From positions 202,306,001 through 202,370,000 of the forward strand of contig OZ024742.1 of NCBI GenBank assembly GCA_964016885.1: a stretch of DNA of 64,000 bases, in the 5' to 3' direction. Position numbers and translations under genes: made by a program. The stretch is from Eledone cirrhosa (taxonomy: Eukaryota). Under the pieces are notes generated by a model. That model was not told where the DNA came from. It saw only the letters and a list, made by a program, of their open reading frames with translations, and made no database searches. Numbering within the stretch: the stretch's first letter is position 1; each line of letters begins with the position of its first letter. This document shows, in pieces, positions 53,501 through 64,000 of this stretch.

Positions 53501-54240
53501 AGTCGTATATATGAGGCGGCTTGCAGCTCAAACTAGGAGCAGTTAAAATTAATAAGGTAATGAATTCTTTTACAATGGAATCAGCTCGAAGGAGGAAAAT
53601 ACCCCCTGAGCAGTGTATAAATTAATATGTATGTGATGAAACACAGATACCAACACATCTGTATATATATTGCAAAAGAAAAATTTAGCCAGATTGAAGT
53701 ATACTAATTATTATACTACAGTTTGTCCAGATCGATTTAAAATAATAAATAAACGAAGACGAACTGTATTGCCAAGAGGCCGTGATGTTTAGACACATTT
53801 AAATTTCAAAATCAAACCTGTTCCGTAGATAAGTTTAAACTTTAAGATCCAAATATGTTTCGAGTTATATAAGTGTAGGAATATCATGTCCTGCCCTCCT
53901 CAGTAAACATCCAGAGACAAATTGATATGCTTCACTTCTAAATAATTTAAAAGACTGCGTGACGCACATGGTTTTACAGTATCTAACTAGTCTCATAACC
54001 TTACTGCTAGAAATAACAGTCGTATATATGAGGCGGCTTGCAGCTCAAACTAGGAGCAGTTAAAATTAATAAGGTAATGAATTCTTTTACAATGGAATCA
54101 GCTCGAAGGAGGAAAATACCCCCTGAGCAGTGTATAAATTAATATGTATTTGATGAAACACAGATACCAACACATCTGTATATATATTGCAAAAGAAAAA
54201 TTTAGCCAGATTGAAGTATACTAATTATTATACTACAGTT
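50514..54240 (-). repeat. 517-bp tandem repeat, 7 full units plus a partial
   Basis: TATAAATTAATATG recurs at 50514, 51031, 51548, 52065, 52582, 53099, 53616 and 54133, with only scattered substitutions. Strand assigned from the candidate HHR. Confidence 0.95.
50745..50806 (-). ncRNA. Candidate variant hammerhead motif in the 517-bp unit (one per unit)
   Basis: Minus strand: GTTTA-CTGAGGA-GAGCTGGACA...TATTTAACTC-GAAA-CATA-TT-TAGAT. Wobble-rich stems, near-palindromic ACATAT, AUU triplet. Confidence 0.45.
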
Positions 54241-54685
54241 TGTAGTATAATAATTAGTCTGTAAAACCATGTGCGTCACGCAGTCTTTTAAATTATTTAG
54301 AAGTGAAGCATATCAATTTGTCTCCGGATGTTTACTGAGGAGGGCAGGACATGATATTCCTACACTTATTTAACTCGAAACATATTTGGATCTTAAAGTT
54401 TAAACTTATCTACGGAACAGGTTTGATTTTGAAATTTAAATGTGTCTAAACATCACGGCCTCTTGGCAATACAGTTCGTCTTCGTTGATTTATTATTTTA
54501 AATCGATATGGACAAACTGTAGTATAATAATTAGTATACTTCAATCTGGCTAAATTTTTCTTTTGCAATATATATACAGATGTGTTGGTATCTGTGTTTC
54601 ATCACATACATATTAATTTATACACTGCTCAGGGGGTATTTTCCTCCTTCGAGCTGATTCCATTGTAAAAGAATTCATTACCTTA

Positions 54686-54690
<5 letters not shown>
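54241..54690 (+). repeat. Inverted partial copy of the 517-bp unit
   Basis: 54259-54690 is the reverse complement of the unit; candidate HHR at 54330-54391 on plus. Confidence 0.92.
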
Positions 54691-54730
<40 letters not shown>

Positions 54731-54758
54731 GAAATATATATACATTTCTGTGTGTGTA

Positions 54759-54795
<37 letters not shown>

Positions 54796-55273
54796 GAAAC
54801 ATATGGGCATTTCTCTGTTTGTCTGTCTGTCTGTCTGTCCGTCCCTAAAACTCAAATGTAGGTGCTACAGAAATATTACCTTCCCCTCTCCACTGACTTT
54901 GGTCACTGAGGCCGAGGGAATCGCTGGTTGCTATAGAGACACCTTGCACGAGCCAGAAGTAACTAGTTCGAGGCGGTTCTGACCTGACACCATGCCAAGG
55001 ACCATTTGAAGAAGGTTGCCATTGAATTTGTGGTTTGAAGAAGGTTGCCATTGAATTTGTGGTTGTTGCTGCTGATAAGGACCATTTGAAGAAGGTTGCT
55101 GCTGATGATGTAATTTATTAATCAGATTGCGCAGTTCCATAACCTCAGTCTGGGGTTGCGGGATTTGATTAATGCGTTTGATTTGTTCAATTTCTCATCC
55201 AAATCTCAACAATATCTGTATATACACTAGATTTTGCTAGCAGAAAACCGCCCACCGGGTTGTGTTCTGCTAG

Positions 55274-56753
55274 TCTATATATATAAAGCTGAGGATGTCT
55301 GTCTGCGTGTGTGTGTGAGTTTCAATCCCTAAAAGTCGAGAACCACCCAACCGAATGTTTTCAAACTTTACACATGTAACACTTATGTTTCAGGGAGTGT
55401 TCTGAGCAAAACAAATTTCGAATTTTCAATGCCCTAGGGACCGCATTAGGTGATTTAACGATCTCTCTCTATAATTCTTAGTCTTTCTTTTTTTAGATAG
55501 ATACATACATATAACGTCACGCCCTTATAATATCTGTCTGTATACCTGACTGTCTGCATTACGTCACTTCCCTGAGGATGTGTGTGTGTGAGTTTGAATC
55601 CCTAAAACTCGAGAAGTACACAAACAACTTTTTTCAAACTTTACATGTGTATTACTTATATGTCAGGGAGTGTTATGCATATTCAACTTTATCATCCACT
55701 AGGGCCTGCATTAGGTGAAAAACTGCGTTTTTCAGGTATTTAGGGATTTATTAGGCGTTACGTCAGACTGATTTCCTTGAAATTGTAACTATGTATTAGT
55801 CAGTCTCTTCTTCATACCGTTAGCAAAGAAAATCCAACTTTTTTTATGGCCTAGGGCCCGCATTAGGTGAAAAACTTCATTTTTTCAGATTTTTAGAGCT
55901 TTTTTGAGGCGTTACGTCTAGCCGAATTTCCCGAAATTTCAAGGCATATTATGCACATAAAAAAATTTATTTTCTTGATCCCCTAGGGCTCGCATTAGGT
56001 GAAAACCTGCATTTTTCCTGATTCATCGAGGAACATCTTAAAGATTATTCAGCCATTAGAGTATTCGGTTTATTTTCTTTACATATTGTCGAGGCATGCA
56101 GTAGGTCTGTTGGCGGCCCGCGTTCCAAATTGCCTTATATATAAAACTGAGGATGTCTGTCTGTGTGTGTGTGAGTTTGAATCCCTAAAAATCGAGAACC
56201 ACCCAATCGACTGTTTTCAAACTTTACACATGTAATACTTGTTTCAGGGAGTGTTCTGAGCAAAACAAATTTCAAATTTCCAATGCTCTAGGGACCGCAT
56301 TAGGTCATTTAGCGATCCCTCTCTATAATTCTTAGTCTTTCTCTTTTCAGATAGATATATACATATAACGTCGCGCCCTTATAATATCTATCTGTATGTC
56401 TCGCTGTCTGTATGTCTCGCTGTCTGTATGTCTCGCTGTCTGCATTACGTCACTTCCTACAATTCGTTCTGCGTCCAGAACGCGCCCTTATAATATCTGT
56501 CTGTATGTCTGGCTGTCTGCTGCCTCCGGTTATTCTGCCACCCTTGCTCAAGACAAATCTCACACTCATTCCCCAAACCGTTGGTAAGTGCACACAACTT
56601 CTTCCTCACGTTTTAAGCCACAGTGTTGCTTACTTACGTACCACCAGACCCTTATTTCTTTGCCAGCCGTGGTTGTGGCAATACTAAGCTTAGCTAAAGC
56701 GGTTATATATTTCACAGTACCTTATCCCGTGCAACGCGGGGTACCAGTGCTAG
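55274..56753 (+). mobile_element. Non-autonomous Helitron-like element with internal duplications
   Basis: 5' TC(TATATATATAAAG); 3' hairpin CCCGTG-CAA-CGCGGG about 10 nt before CTAG|T; ~55280-55570 duplicated at ~56138-56458. It directly follows another CTAG end at 55273. Confidence 0.65.
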
Positions 56754-56812
56754 TATATATATATATATAGTTCGAGAAGGAATATATATTACTCAAATTA
56801 AAAGATATGTGT

Positions 56813-56870
<58 letters not shown>

Positions 56871-57029
56871 CATTTAAGAAACAATATTTTGTACATACAT
56901 ATGAAGTACATAATATTTTCCTTACGGTACCGTAATTATGGATGCTTTGGGCAAACGTCCATTGAGTGTTTCTACTGAGAAACATATTCACCATACATGC
57001 TATATATATATATATATGTATGTATTTAA

Positions 57030-57335
57030 ATGGTAAACAGAAATTAAAACACAATCGGTACAGTATATGGGAGGAATATATTAAGTTAGAGCTTGAAATA
57101 GCAGGAAGAGGGTCTTAACATTTCGGACGCTAGTCCTTCACCAGAAGAAAGAATGAGAAATTAGAAAGATTGTAAGTGACGGGTGGGGTGGAAATGGTAA
57201 AAATGCCTTTAGAGAAAAATAACAGATGCATTTATGTTGTCATCTCTTGGAAAACTGTTGGTGCCGGCGTTTTGTGTATGATATTTTTTTTTAGAAAAGT
57301 GGATGATGGAGCGCGTTTACCTGAAATGAAAAAAT
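57030..57335 (-). mobile_element. Solo pLTR of family B with mutated HHR
   Basis: Reverse complement of ~5400-5700; the core reads CTGGTGA at 57113-57147. Confidence 0.75.
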
Positions 57336-58327
57336 AAACCGTGCTGTATAAAGAACTACACTTAGGGTTTGTTGAATAAAATACATATAACTTAAGAATT
57401 AAAAACTGCAACGCACATTTTTGGCTCTAAAATATGGTCTAATAATTGCGCATATAAGCCCCATGACAGAAATTGTATAACTAATATAGAGAAAATACAT
57501 GCCCAATTCTGAGTAAAAAACCGTGTGTTCCTGTAAACTCTAAATTAACTTTCAATTCAAAACTTTGTAACATGCTGAACACATCTAAACGTAGACAGTT
57601 AATATGTAAACACTCGAAATATATCATACATTTATATTTGTATTGTATACAGGTAAAGGGGGTTGTGTATATAAATTTGCGCATTCCCTATATGTATACT
57701 TGACATTTTACGCATTACTTTCTAAATGAAAAATAACGATAAATAACTTGAATCCCTTCTTCACAGACACACATATATATATATATATATATTGCTGAAC
57801 TCCTTATTGTAGAGCTTTTTTCGGAATGTTTTTGACTGTTGTTTCTTGTAAACAAACATTCGTCTCATTCTGACGTCACCAGCCCTGTTTTTCCACATGT
57901 GCGTTTTATTTTCATAATCACGCATGATGGTAAACTAGCCTGCTTTTAATTCCCTTTTTGGCATATTAATCAGTGAGAAATTTGGCTATCGAGTTGAGCT
58001 CTGCTGAGGATCGAATTCCAACCGTGACCATCTCCACTGAAAGTTTTCGTGAAATGGTCTTCAAGACTATACAGAGCATTTGTAGTTGTCCCAAATTGAA
58101 GGATGAGTATTTAAAACTTTATTTTATCATGAGTTAAGGCTCAATTGATTTTTCCCTGGATTTCACTAAATTCTGTTGGATGAATCTATATCCTGATTGT
58201 TTTTGAGTTGAGTTTGAATTATTTTTCCCACATCTTACGTTAACTATTTTTTCCATTTTGACGCTATAGTCACTTATATATTATGGAATACTGTTGGCTT
58301 TTTGCTACAATATATTCTATACCTTTC

Positions 58328-58369
<42 letters not shown>

Positions 58370-58749
58370 GCACATCTTCCCTCCTCTCTCTCTCGCTGTA
58401 TATATATATATAAATATGAAGCACCGCACTTTTTCCTTAGCGTCACATAAAAATATTTACTTGTAGGTTAATTGCAATAAATTAATGTTTGTCTCTCGTC
58501 TCTTTCACCACTGAACAGCGTTTGGCTCATGCCAGACGGTGTGACCCCAGGTGGACAAGCAGTACCGTTGGTAGGGATCGAAATTGCCAAAGGTCCATCT
58601 CAACGGTCGATGACCCTAGAGTTCTGTGTCCTCCGTTTGTATCTTTATTTTTTTTAAATAATTTTTTATGGTTTCCCCTTTAAAACTTGTTTTTCGTTTC
58701 GCTTTCTCTCCGTTCGTTGTCTTGTCCTCTCTTTGTTAATTTTTTTAAA

Positions 58750-58827
<78 letters not shown>

Positions 58828-59174
58828 GGAAAAAATGAAACGAAATTTCAATTCTCACTCTTAGTACGGCTGTTACTTAAATATAAGTATGTATACGTAC
58901 ATAGATATATGTATACAGAAGTACAGTAGTATGTATATATATATACATACAAGCACACATATATATATGTACGTATGGATTCACCGAACATGAGCAACGA
59001 TGGCTGCTAGACACTGTACGGCTTAATTCGGGATGTTTGTTTACAAACACACCGAGCATTATAATAAATGTTCGGTGAATCCATACGTACATATATATAT
59101 GTGTGCATGTATGTATATATATATATATACATACTACTGTACGTCTGTATACATTCTTATATATATATATATAA

Positions 59175-60087
59175 GTGAGAAACAGGTGTAGTGCTCTGTG
59201 TGGAGAGTCAGAGGAGAGAGAGATTGGATGGACTGAGGAGAGTGTGACGAGGAGGTACGGGCACTTCACCAATGCAGTGGCGGAAGCAAGTGAAACCCTG
59301 GTACCGAGGAAAAAGAACAAAGAGAAGCACGTCAGCTCTGCAAACCCAAAAGTGTGTGAGGCCAGAGAACACCTGAAGGCTGCCAAGGACCAATTCTATG
59401 CTGATCCTACGGAGCAGAGGATGGAGACTGTGGAGGTGATGAGGGAAGGACTCTGTACCGCTTACACTGAGGTCAGAGAGGAGGCACTGATAGAGAAGAT
59501 CAGAAGTGTGGAGAGAGCGGTTGACAGATCTGGATGTGAGGAGAGCTGGATGATCATCAACGAGATCACAGGGAGGAAGAGAAGGTGTTCGAGTCAGATC
59601 CAGGGATCGGGGCCCGAGGATAGGAAGAGGAAATGGCTAGACCATTTTAGGACCCTACTAGGAGAGCCACCCTCCACAGCCCAGAGCACTGGGGAGATCA
59701 GGTGGCTGTTTGAGGAACTGGATGTTGAGACAGAGCCCTTCACCAGAGAGGAGCTTCAGAGAGCCAAGAAGAGGATCAAGGAGGGCAAGGCTCATGGAGA
59801 AGATGGAGTGGCATCAGAGGTGATGAAGAGGTGTGATTTTGATGATATCATCCTGGGGTTCTGTAACGGGGCACTGGAGAAAGGAGTTGCCCCGAATCAG
59901 TGGAGGATCAGTAACATCGTCCCAGTGCCAAAGAAGGGAGATCTCTCTAACACCAACAACTACCGGGGGATCTCACTGACGTCACTTGTGGTAAAGACCC
60001 TCAACAGGATGATTCTTAACAGGATCCAGCCTGAGATGGAGAAGAAGCTCAGGGACAACCAGAACGGCTTCAGAGAGGGTAGATCAA
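59175..60087 (+). pseudogene. Non-LTR retrotransposon (RTE-like) fragment: pre-RT region and RT N-terminus
   Basis: GKAHGEDGV, W..SNIVPVPKKGDLSNTNNYRGISL, QNGFREGRS. Confidence 0.88.
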
Positions 60088-60765
60088 GCCCAGGCTTTGC
60101 TCTTCCTCTCAACCACATCATCTTCCGTATTCCCAATCTTTGCTCCCAAATACAGGAAGTCCTCAACCAATTCCAGCGGCTTCCAGCCTACATTAGTGAT
60201 CCCCTCTGGCTTCTCAACATTCTCTACCAGATATTTTGTTTTAGTCTCATTCATTCTCAGCCCCACACTCATCGACATAGTCTCAACCTCCCGCATCAAA
60301 TCCTCTGCCTCCTTCACTGTATTTGTCACCAAAACTATGTCGTCGGCAAATTCAGCATCCGATACCTTTTTCGCCCTAACTCTCCTGCTCTGAGCCGGTG
60401 CTACAGTAAAGCCAGAGTCCTGGTGTTTCTCCAGTGCAAGGCGCATACAGTAGTCCACTACGATGATAAAAAGGTAGGGAGCCAATGTATTTCCCTGGCG
60501 CACTCCAGCCAGTATCTCAAAGAACTCTGTCATCCCATCAGGTGTAATGACTTGGGCTTTGGTGTTGGTGTAGAGCAGTGATATCAGGTCCACTATCTTC
60601 TTGGGGATTCCATAAGCCTGTAAGATCTTCATCAGGCAGTAACGGTCCACAGAATCAAAGGCCTTCCTAAAGTCAATGAAAACCATGACCGCAGGAAGGC
60701 ACTTTGTTCTAGCTCCCTCTAATATCCCCCTCAGCATCAGGATATGATCCAATGATGTTGACTTG
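60084..60765 (-). pseudogene. Continuation of the same RT, inverted
   Basis: [46 protein letters not shown]. Confidence 0.88.
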
Positions 60766-60814
60766 TTCTTCTTTTTGGTAAATATCATCTTGGTTAAGAG
60801 AGTGGGACTGTGTG

Positions 60815-60846
<32 letters not shown>

Positions 60847-60909
60847 TATACTTATATATACACACACACACACACACACACATACACATACATACACACA
60901 CACACACAC

Positions 60910-60989
<80 letters not shown>

Positions 60990-61824
60990 CGTTATATGTC
61001 CAGTTCGGAATTGTAATATTGGTATAGCATCGGACAAAATGCTCATTTGAACAGGAGTTCAAATCCTGTTAGGATCAACTTTACTTTTGAACCTTCCCAG
61101 GTCTATAAAATTGATTTAATCGACTTTTTCTTTCCTTTTACATTTCTGGCCTTGAGTCTAATTTAGTAATCCATATTACGTCAAACCAATAATGTTGAAT
61201 CATTCGTGTCATCTGGTTTGTCAGTGGTGGTGCTGGCAGTGGTGGCGGTTATGGTAGTGGTGGTGGTGGGCTAGTGGTGGTGGTAGTGGTGGTTGTGGTG
61301 GTGGAGTTGTGTATGTCTGAAGTGGTGTGTGCTTATAGGGAAACCAATAGATTAATAGAAATATGTTTATTGAACTATCAAAAGAAAGTCCGGAGTTGAT
61401 GGCATGAATGGATGGAGGGCGTAGATCTGACTACTATGTCTGTCTGTGTGTGTGGTTAGAGTAGCTGATGCTTGTGTGGCTCTGCGTGTGGTTGGTTAGG
61501 GTAGCTGGTGCTTGTGTAGCTCTGTGTGTGTGTGTGTGTGTGTGGTTGGTTAGGGTAGCTGGTGCTTGTGTAGCTGTGTGTGTGTGTTTATGTGTGTGAA
61601 TAGCTGGTGCTTGTGTCGTTGTGTGTGTGTACGTGAGTGTGTGTGTGCTTAGAGTAGCTTGTGTCACTGTGTGTGTGTGATTAGTGTAGCTGATGCTAGT
61701 CTAGTTGTGTGTGTGTGCGTGTGTGTGTGTCTGTGTGTGTGTATGTGTAAACCAATGACAGCTCACTTAGTTTGAAAAATCATTGCAATGTTTAAAGAAA
61801 AGGAATAAATAAACACACACACAC

Positions 61825-61918
<94 letters not shown>

Positions 61919-62027
61919 CACTAACATAACGTGCACACACATAAATATGTATGTATATATATGTGAGTGTATGTGTGTGTATCTGTGTATTTATATATAT
62001 ATATATACAGTGTTAAAGTAATTAATC

Positions 62028-62208
62028 ATAATTGTTTCTACTTTTGGCACAAGGCCAGTAATTACCCAGTGCATTACTGGTACTTTATTTTATCGACCCC
62101 GTAAGGATGAAAGGCAAAGTCAACCTCGGCGGGATTTGAACTCAGATCGTAAAGGGACGTAACTATGCTGGAAAGCATGGCGTCCGACCCTCTACTGATG
62201 CTGCCAAA
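62028..62208 (-). mobile_element. tRNA-derived SINE, family 1
   Basis: Near copy of 26143-26326. Confidence 0.8.
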
Positions 62209-62376
62209 TACCCATAGTAATTAATACCCAAAGTAATTAATCATAATGACAGCCGATAATTAACATTTTACCGGCCTACAGATACCCCACCTCACCAACA
62301 CCTCTAACACTCATATATACTTACATCAGCTTACGAACTACCACCCACAACCACATAAGCACCAGCTATATATATA

Positions 62377-62520
62377 TGAAGGCGCATGGCTTAGTGGTTA
62401 GAGCATTGGGCTTGCAATCGAAAGGTTGTGAGTTCAATTCTCGGACCAAGTGATGTGTTGTTTCTTTGAGCAAGACACTTTATTTCACGCTGCTTCAGTT
62501 TACTCAGCTGTAGAAATGAG
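62377..62520 (+). mobile_element. tRNA-derived SINE, family 2
   Basis: A/B boxes plus TTGAGCAAGACACTT. Confidence 0.75.
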
Positions 62521-62618
62521 ATGATAGGACTGGGGTCCCTATCATTTAATCATCCAAGACACCTCCAACGAGATATACCTTGGGAGAAGCCAGCTAAACC
62601 TGCATAGGTTTGAGCTGT

Positions 62619-62656
<38 letters not shown>

Positions 62657-62765
62657 CATATAGGTATATATTTGGTTAACGCTTGATATATATATATAGG
62701 TATATATTAGGTTAACGCTTGATATAGCAGGGTGAGGGTCTTAACACACACACTCACACACACAC

Positions 62766-62817
<52 letters not shown>

Positions 62818-62934
62818 AGATCCTCTTCCTGCTATATCAAGCGTTAACCTAATATATACCTTCCATATACTGTAGCGATTGTGTTGTTATTTCTGTTTAC
62901 CTTTTACATATATAATATATATATATATATATAA

Positions 62935-63332
62935 GGATTTGTGCTCTGAAATAGCGATGTATACATGAATGTATGTATAGTATATTTGGTAATATACCGT
63001 ATGTTTAATTAAAAACCTTTTGAAGGCCTTGCGCTATCATTTTAAAGTAGTGACTATGTCACATTTCTTTTTTCGGCAAAGGAAGGGAGAGAAGCTGACA
63101 GATTCTGTTTCACACTGTTGGTGTTCCTCAGAGCAACGTACTCCCTGCCTCTGCCGAAAATTATAGAGGCTGGATTCTTGTAGAATTCCAGTAATAATCA
63201 GGAACTGATTATACAGAGCGATTGCCGGTCCAGCAAAAATTTAAAATTAGGATTGGTGCTCTGAAATAGTGATGTATACATGAATGTATAGTATATTTGG
63301 TAATATGCCGTATGTTTAATTAAAAACATTTA
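62935..63332 (-). mobile_element. ~1.25-unit diverged relative of the 310-bp HHR repeat (family G)
   Basis: GTGCTCTGAAATAG..GATGTATACATG repeats at ~62941 and ~63256; (TA)n flanks. Confidence 0.75.
63094..63134 (-). ncRNA. Type I hammerhead ribozyme motif (family G variant)
   Basis: Minus strand: GCT-CTGAGGA-ACAC-CAACA-GTGT-GAAA-CAGAATCTG-TC-AGC. Confidence 0.82.
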
Positions 63333-63395
63333 TATATATATAATAGAAAAAAACCCGCGGAACTTTCGTTTACATATGAAACATATTTATTGCGT

Positions 63396-63494
63396 ATCAA
63401 CTTGTTACGCGCGTTTCGCAGAGGATTGGCTCCAGGTAATCCATGGGGTTTATGGACCTGACTCCAGTATCGATCTGCTCCTCAGACTGGTGAT
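63396..63494 (-). ncRNA. Hammerhead motif with large stem II insertion (family J)
   Basis: Minus strand: GT-CTGAGGA-GCAGA-(~50 nt)-TCTGC-GAAA-CGCGCG-TA-AC; palindrome ACGCGCGT; proximal stem I only 2 bp. Confidence 0.6.
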
Positions 63495-63527
63495 GCGACA
63501 AAAGATATAGTTTTTGATGCGATTTTA

Positions 63528-63611
<84 letters not shown>

Positions 63612-63617
63612 ATTAAA

Positions 63618-63699
<82 letters not shown>

Positions 63700-63705
<6 letters not shown>

Positions 63706-64000
63706 TGTATATATAGTGTATTTTGCAATATACTGTATGCTTAATTAAAAGCATTTCGAAGACCTTAAGCTATTGCTTTAGAGTAGTGACAGTCTCACTT
63801 ACTTTAAATTTTCCGCAAAGAAGGGGAGATAGAGCTGACAGAGCTCTGTTTCGTACTTTTTGTTACTTATCAAAGCTAAATACTCCACCTGTTTGCTGAA
63901 AATCATGAATGTTTGATTCTTATAGAATTCTAGTAATAATCAGGAACTGATTATACAGACCGGTTGCCGGTCAAGCAGAAATTGAAAATTAGAATTGGTG
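63700..64000 (-). mobile_element. Degenerate family G unit running off the window
   Basis: Scaffold match; core TTGATAA; stem III palindrome ACAGAGCTCTGT at ~63838-63849. Confidence 0.7.

Noticed and set aside
47746-54690. CRISPR-like array
   Set aside because: Units are identical end to end with no unique spacers, and the context is eukaryotic.

Overview
AT-rich, repeat-saturated animal genomic DNA. The SINEs and microsatellite load suggest a cephalopod/octopus-like mollusc, but this is inference only. I find no credible host protein-coding gene; most ORFs in the track are translations of (TA)n/(CA)n/(GA)n/(GGT)n/(CAT)n microsatellites. Recognisable content: decayed Penelope-like retroelements (RT + GIY-YIG, two lineages), a complete hAT/Buster relic with an 8-bp TSD, mariner and RTE-LINE fragments, two tRNA-derived SINE families and Helitron-like repeats. 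The main signal is RNA structure. I read about 25 minimal type I hammerhead ribozyme (HHR) motifs with intact CUGANGA/GAAA cores and mostly palindromic stem III, in roughly ten sequence families, usually next to (TA)n tracts. The centrepiece (47746-54690) is two tail-to-tail, near-identical tandem arrays. One has a 310-bp unit with one clear HHR per unit, i.e. a non-LTR retrozyme-like array. The other has a 517-bp unit with a candidate variant HHR. Each array carries an inverted segment at its inferred 5' side. Dispersed, diverged relatives of the 310-bp unit keep the HHR fold through compensatory changes. All structures were assigned by eye, and activity and novelty are untested.
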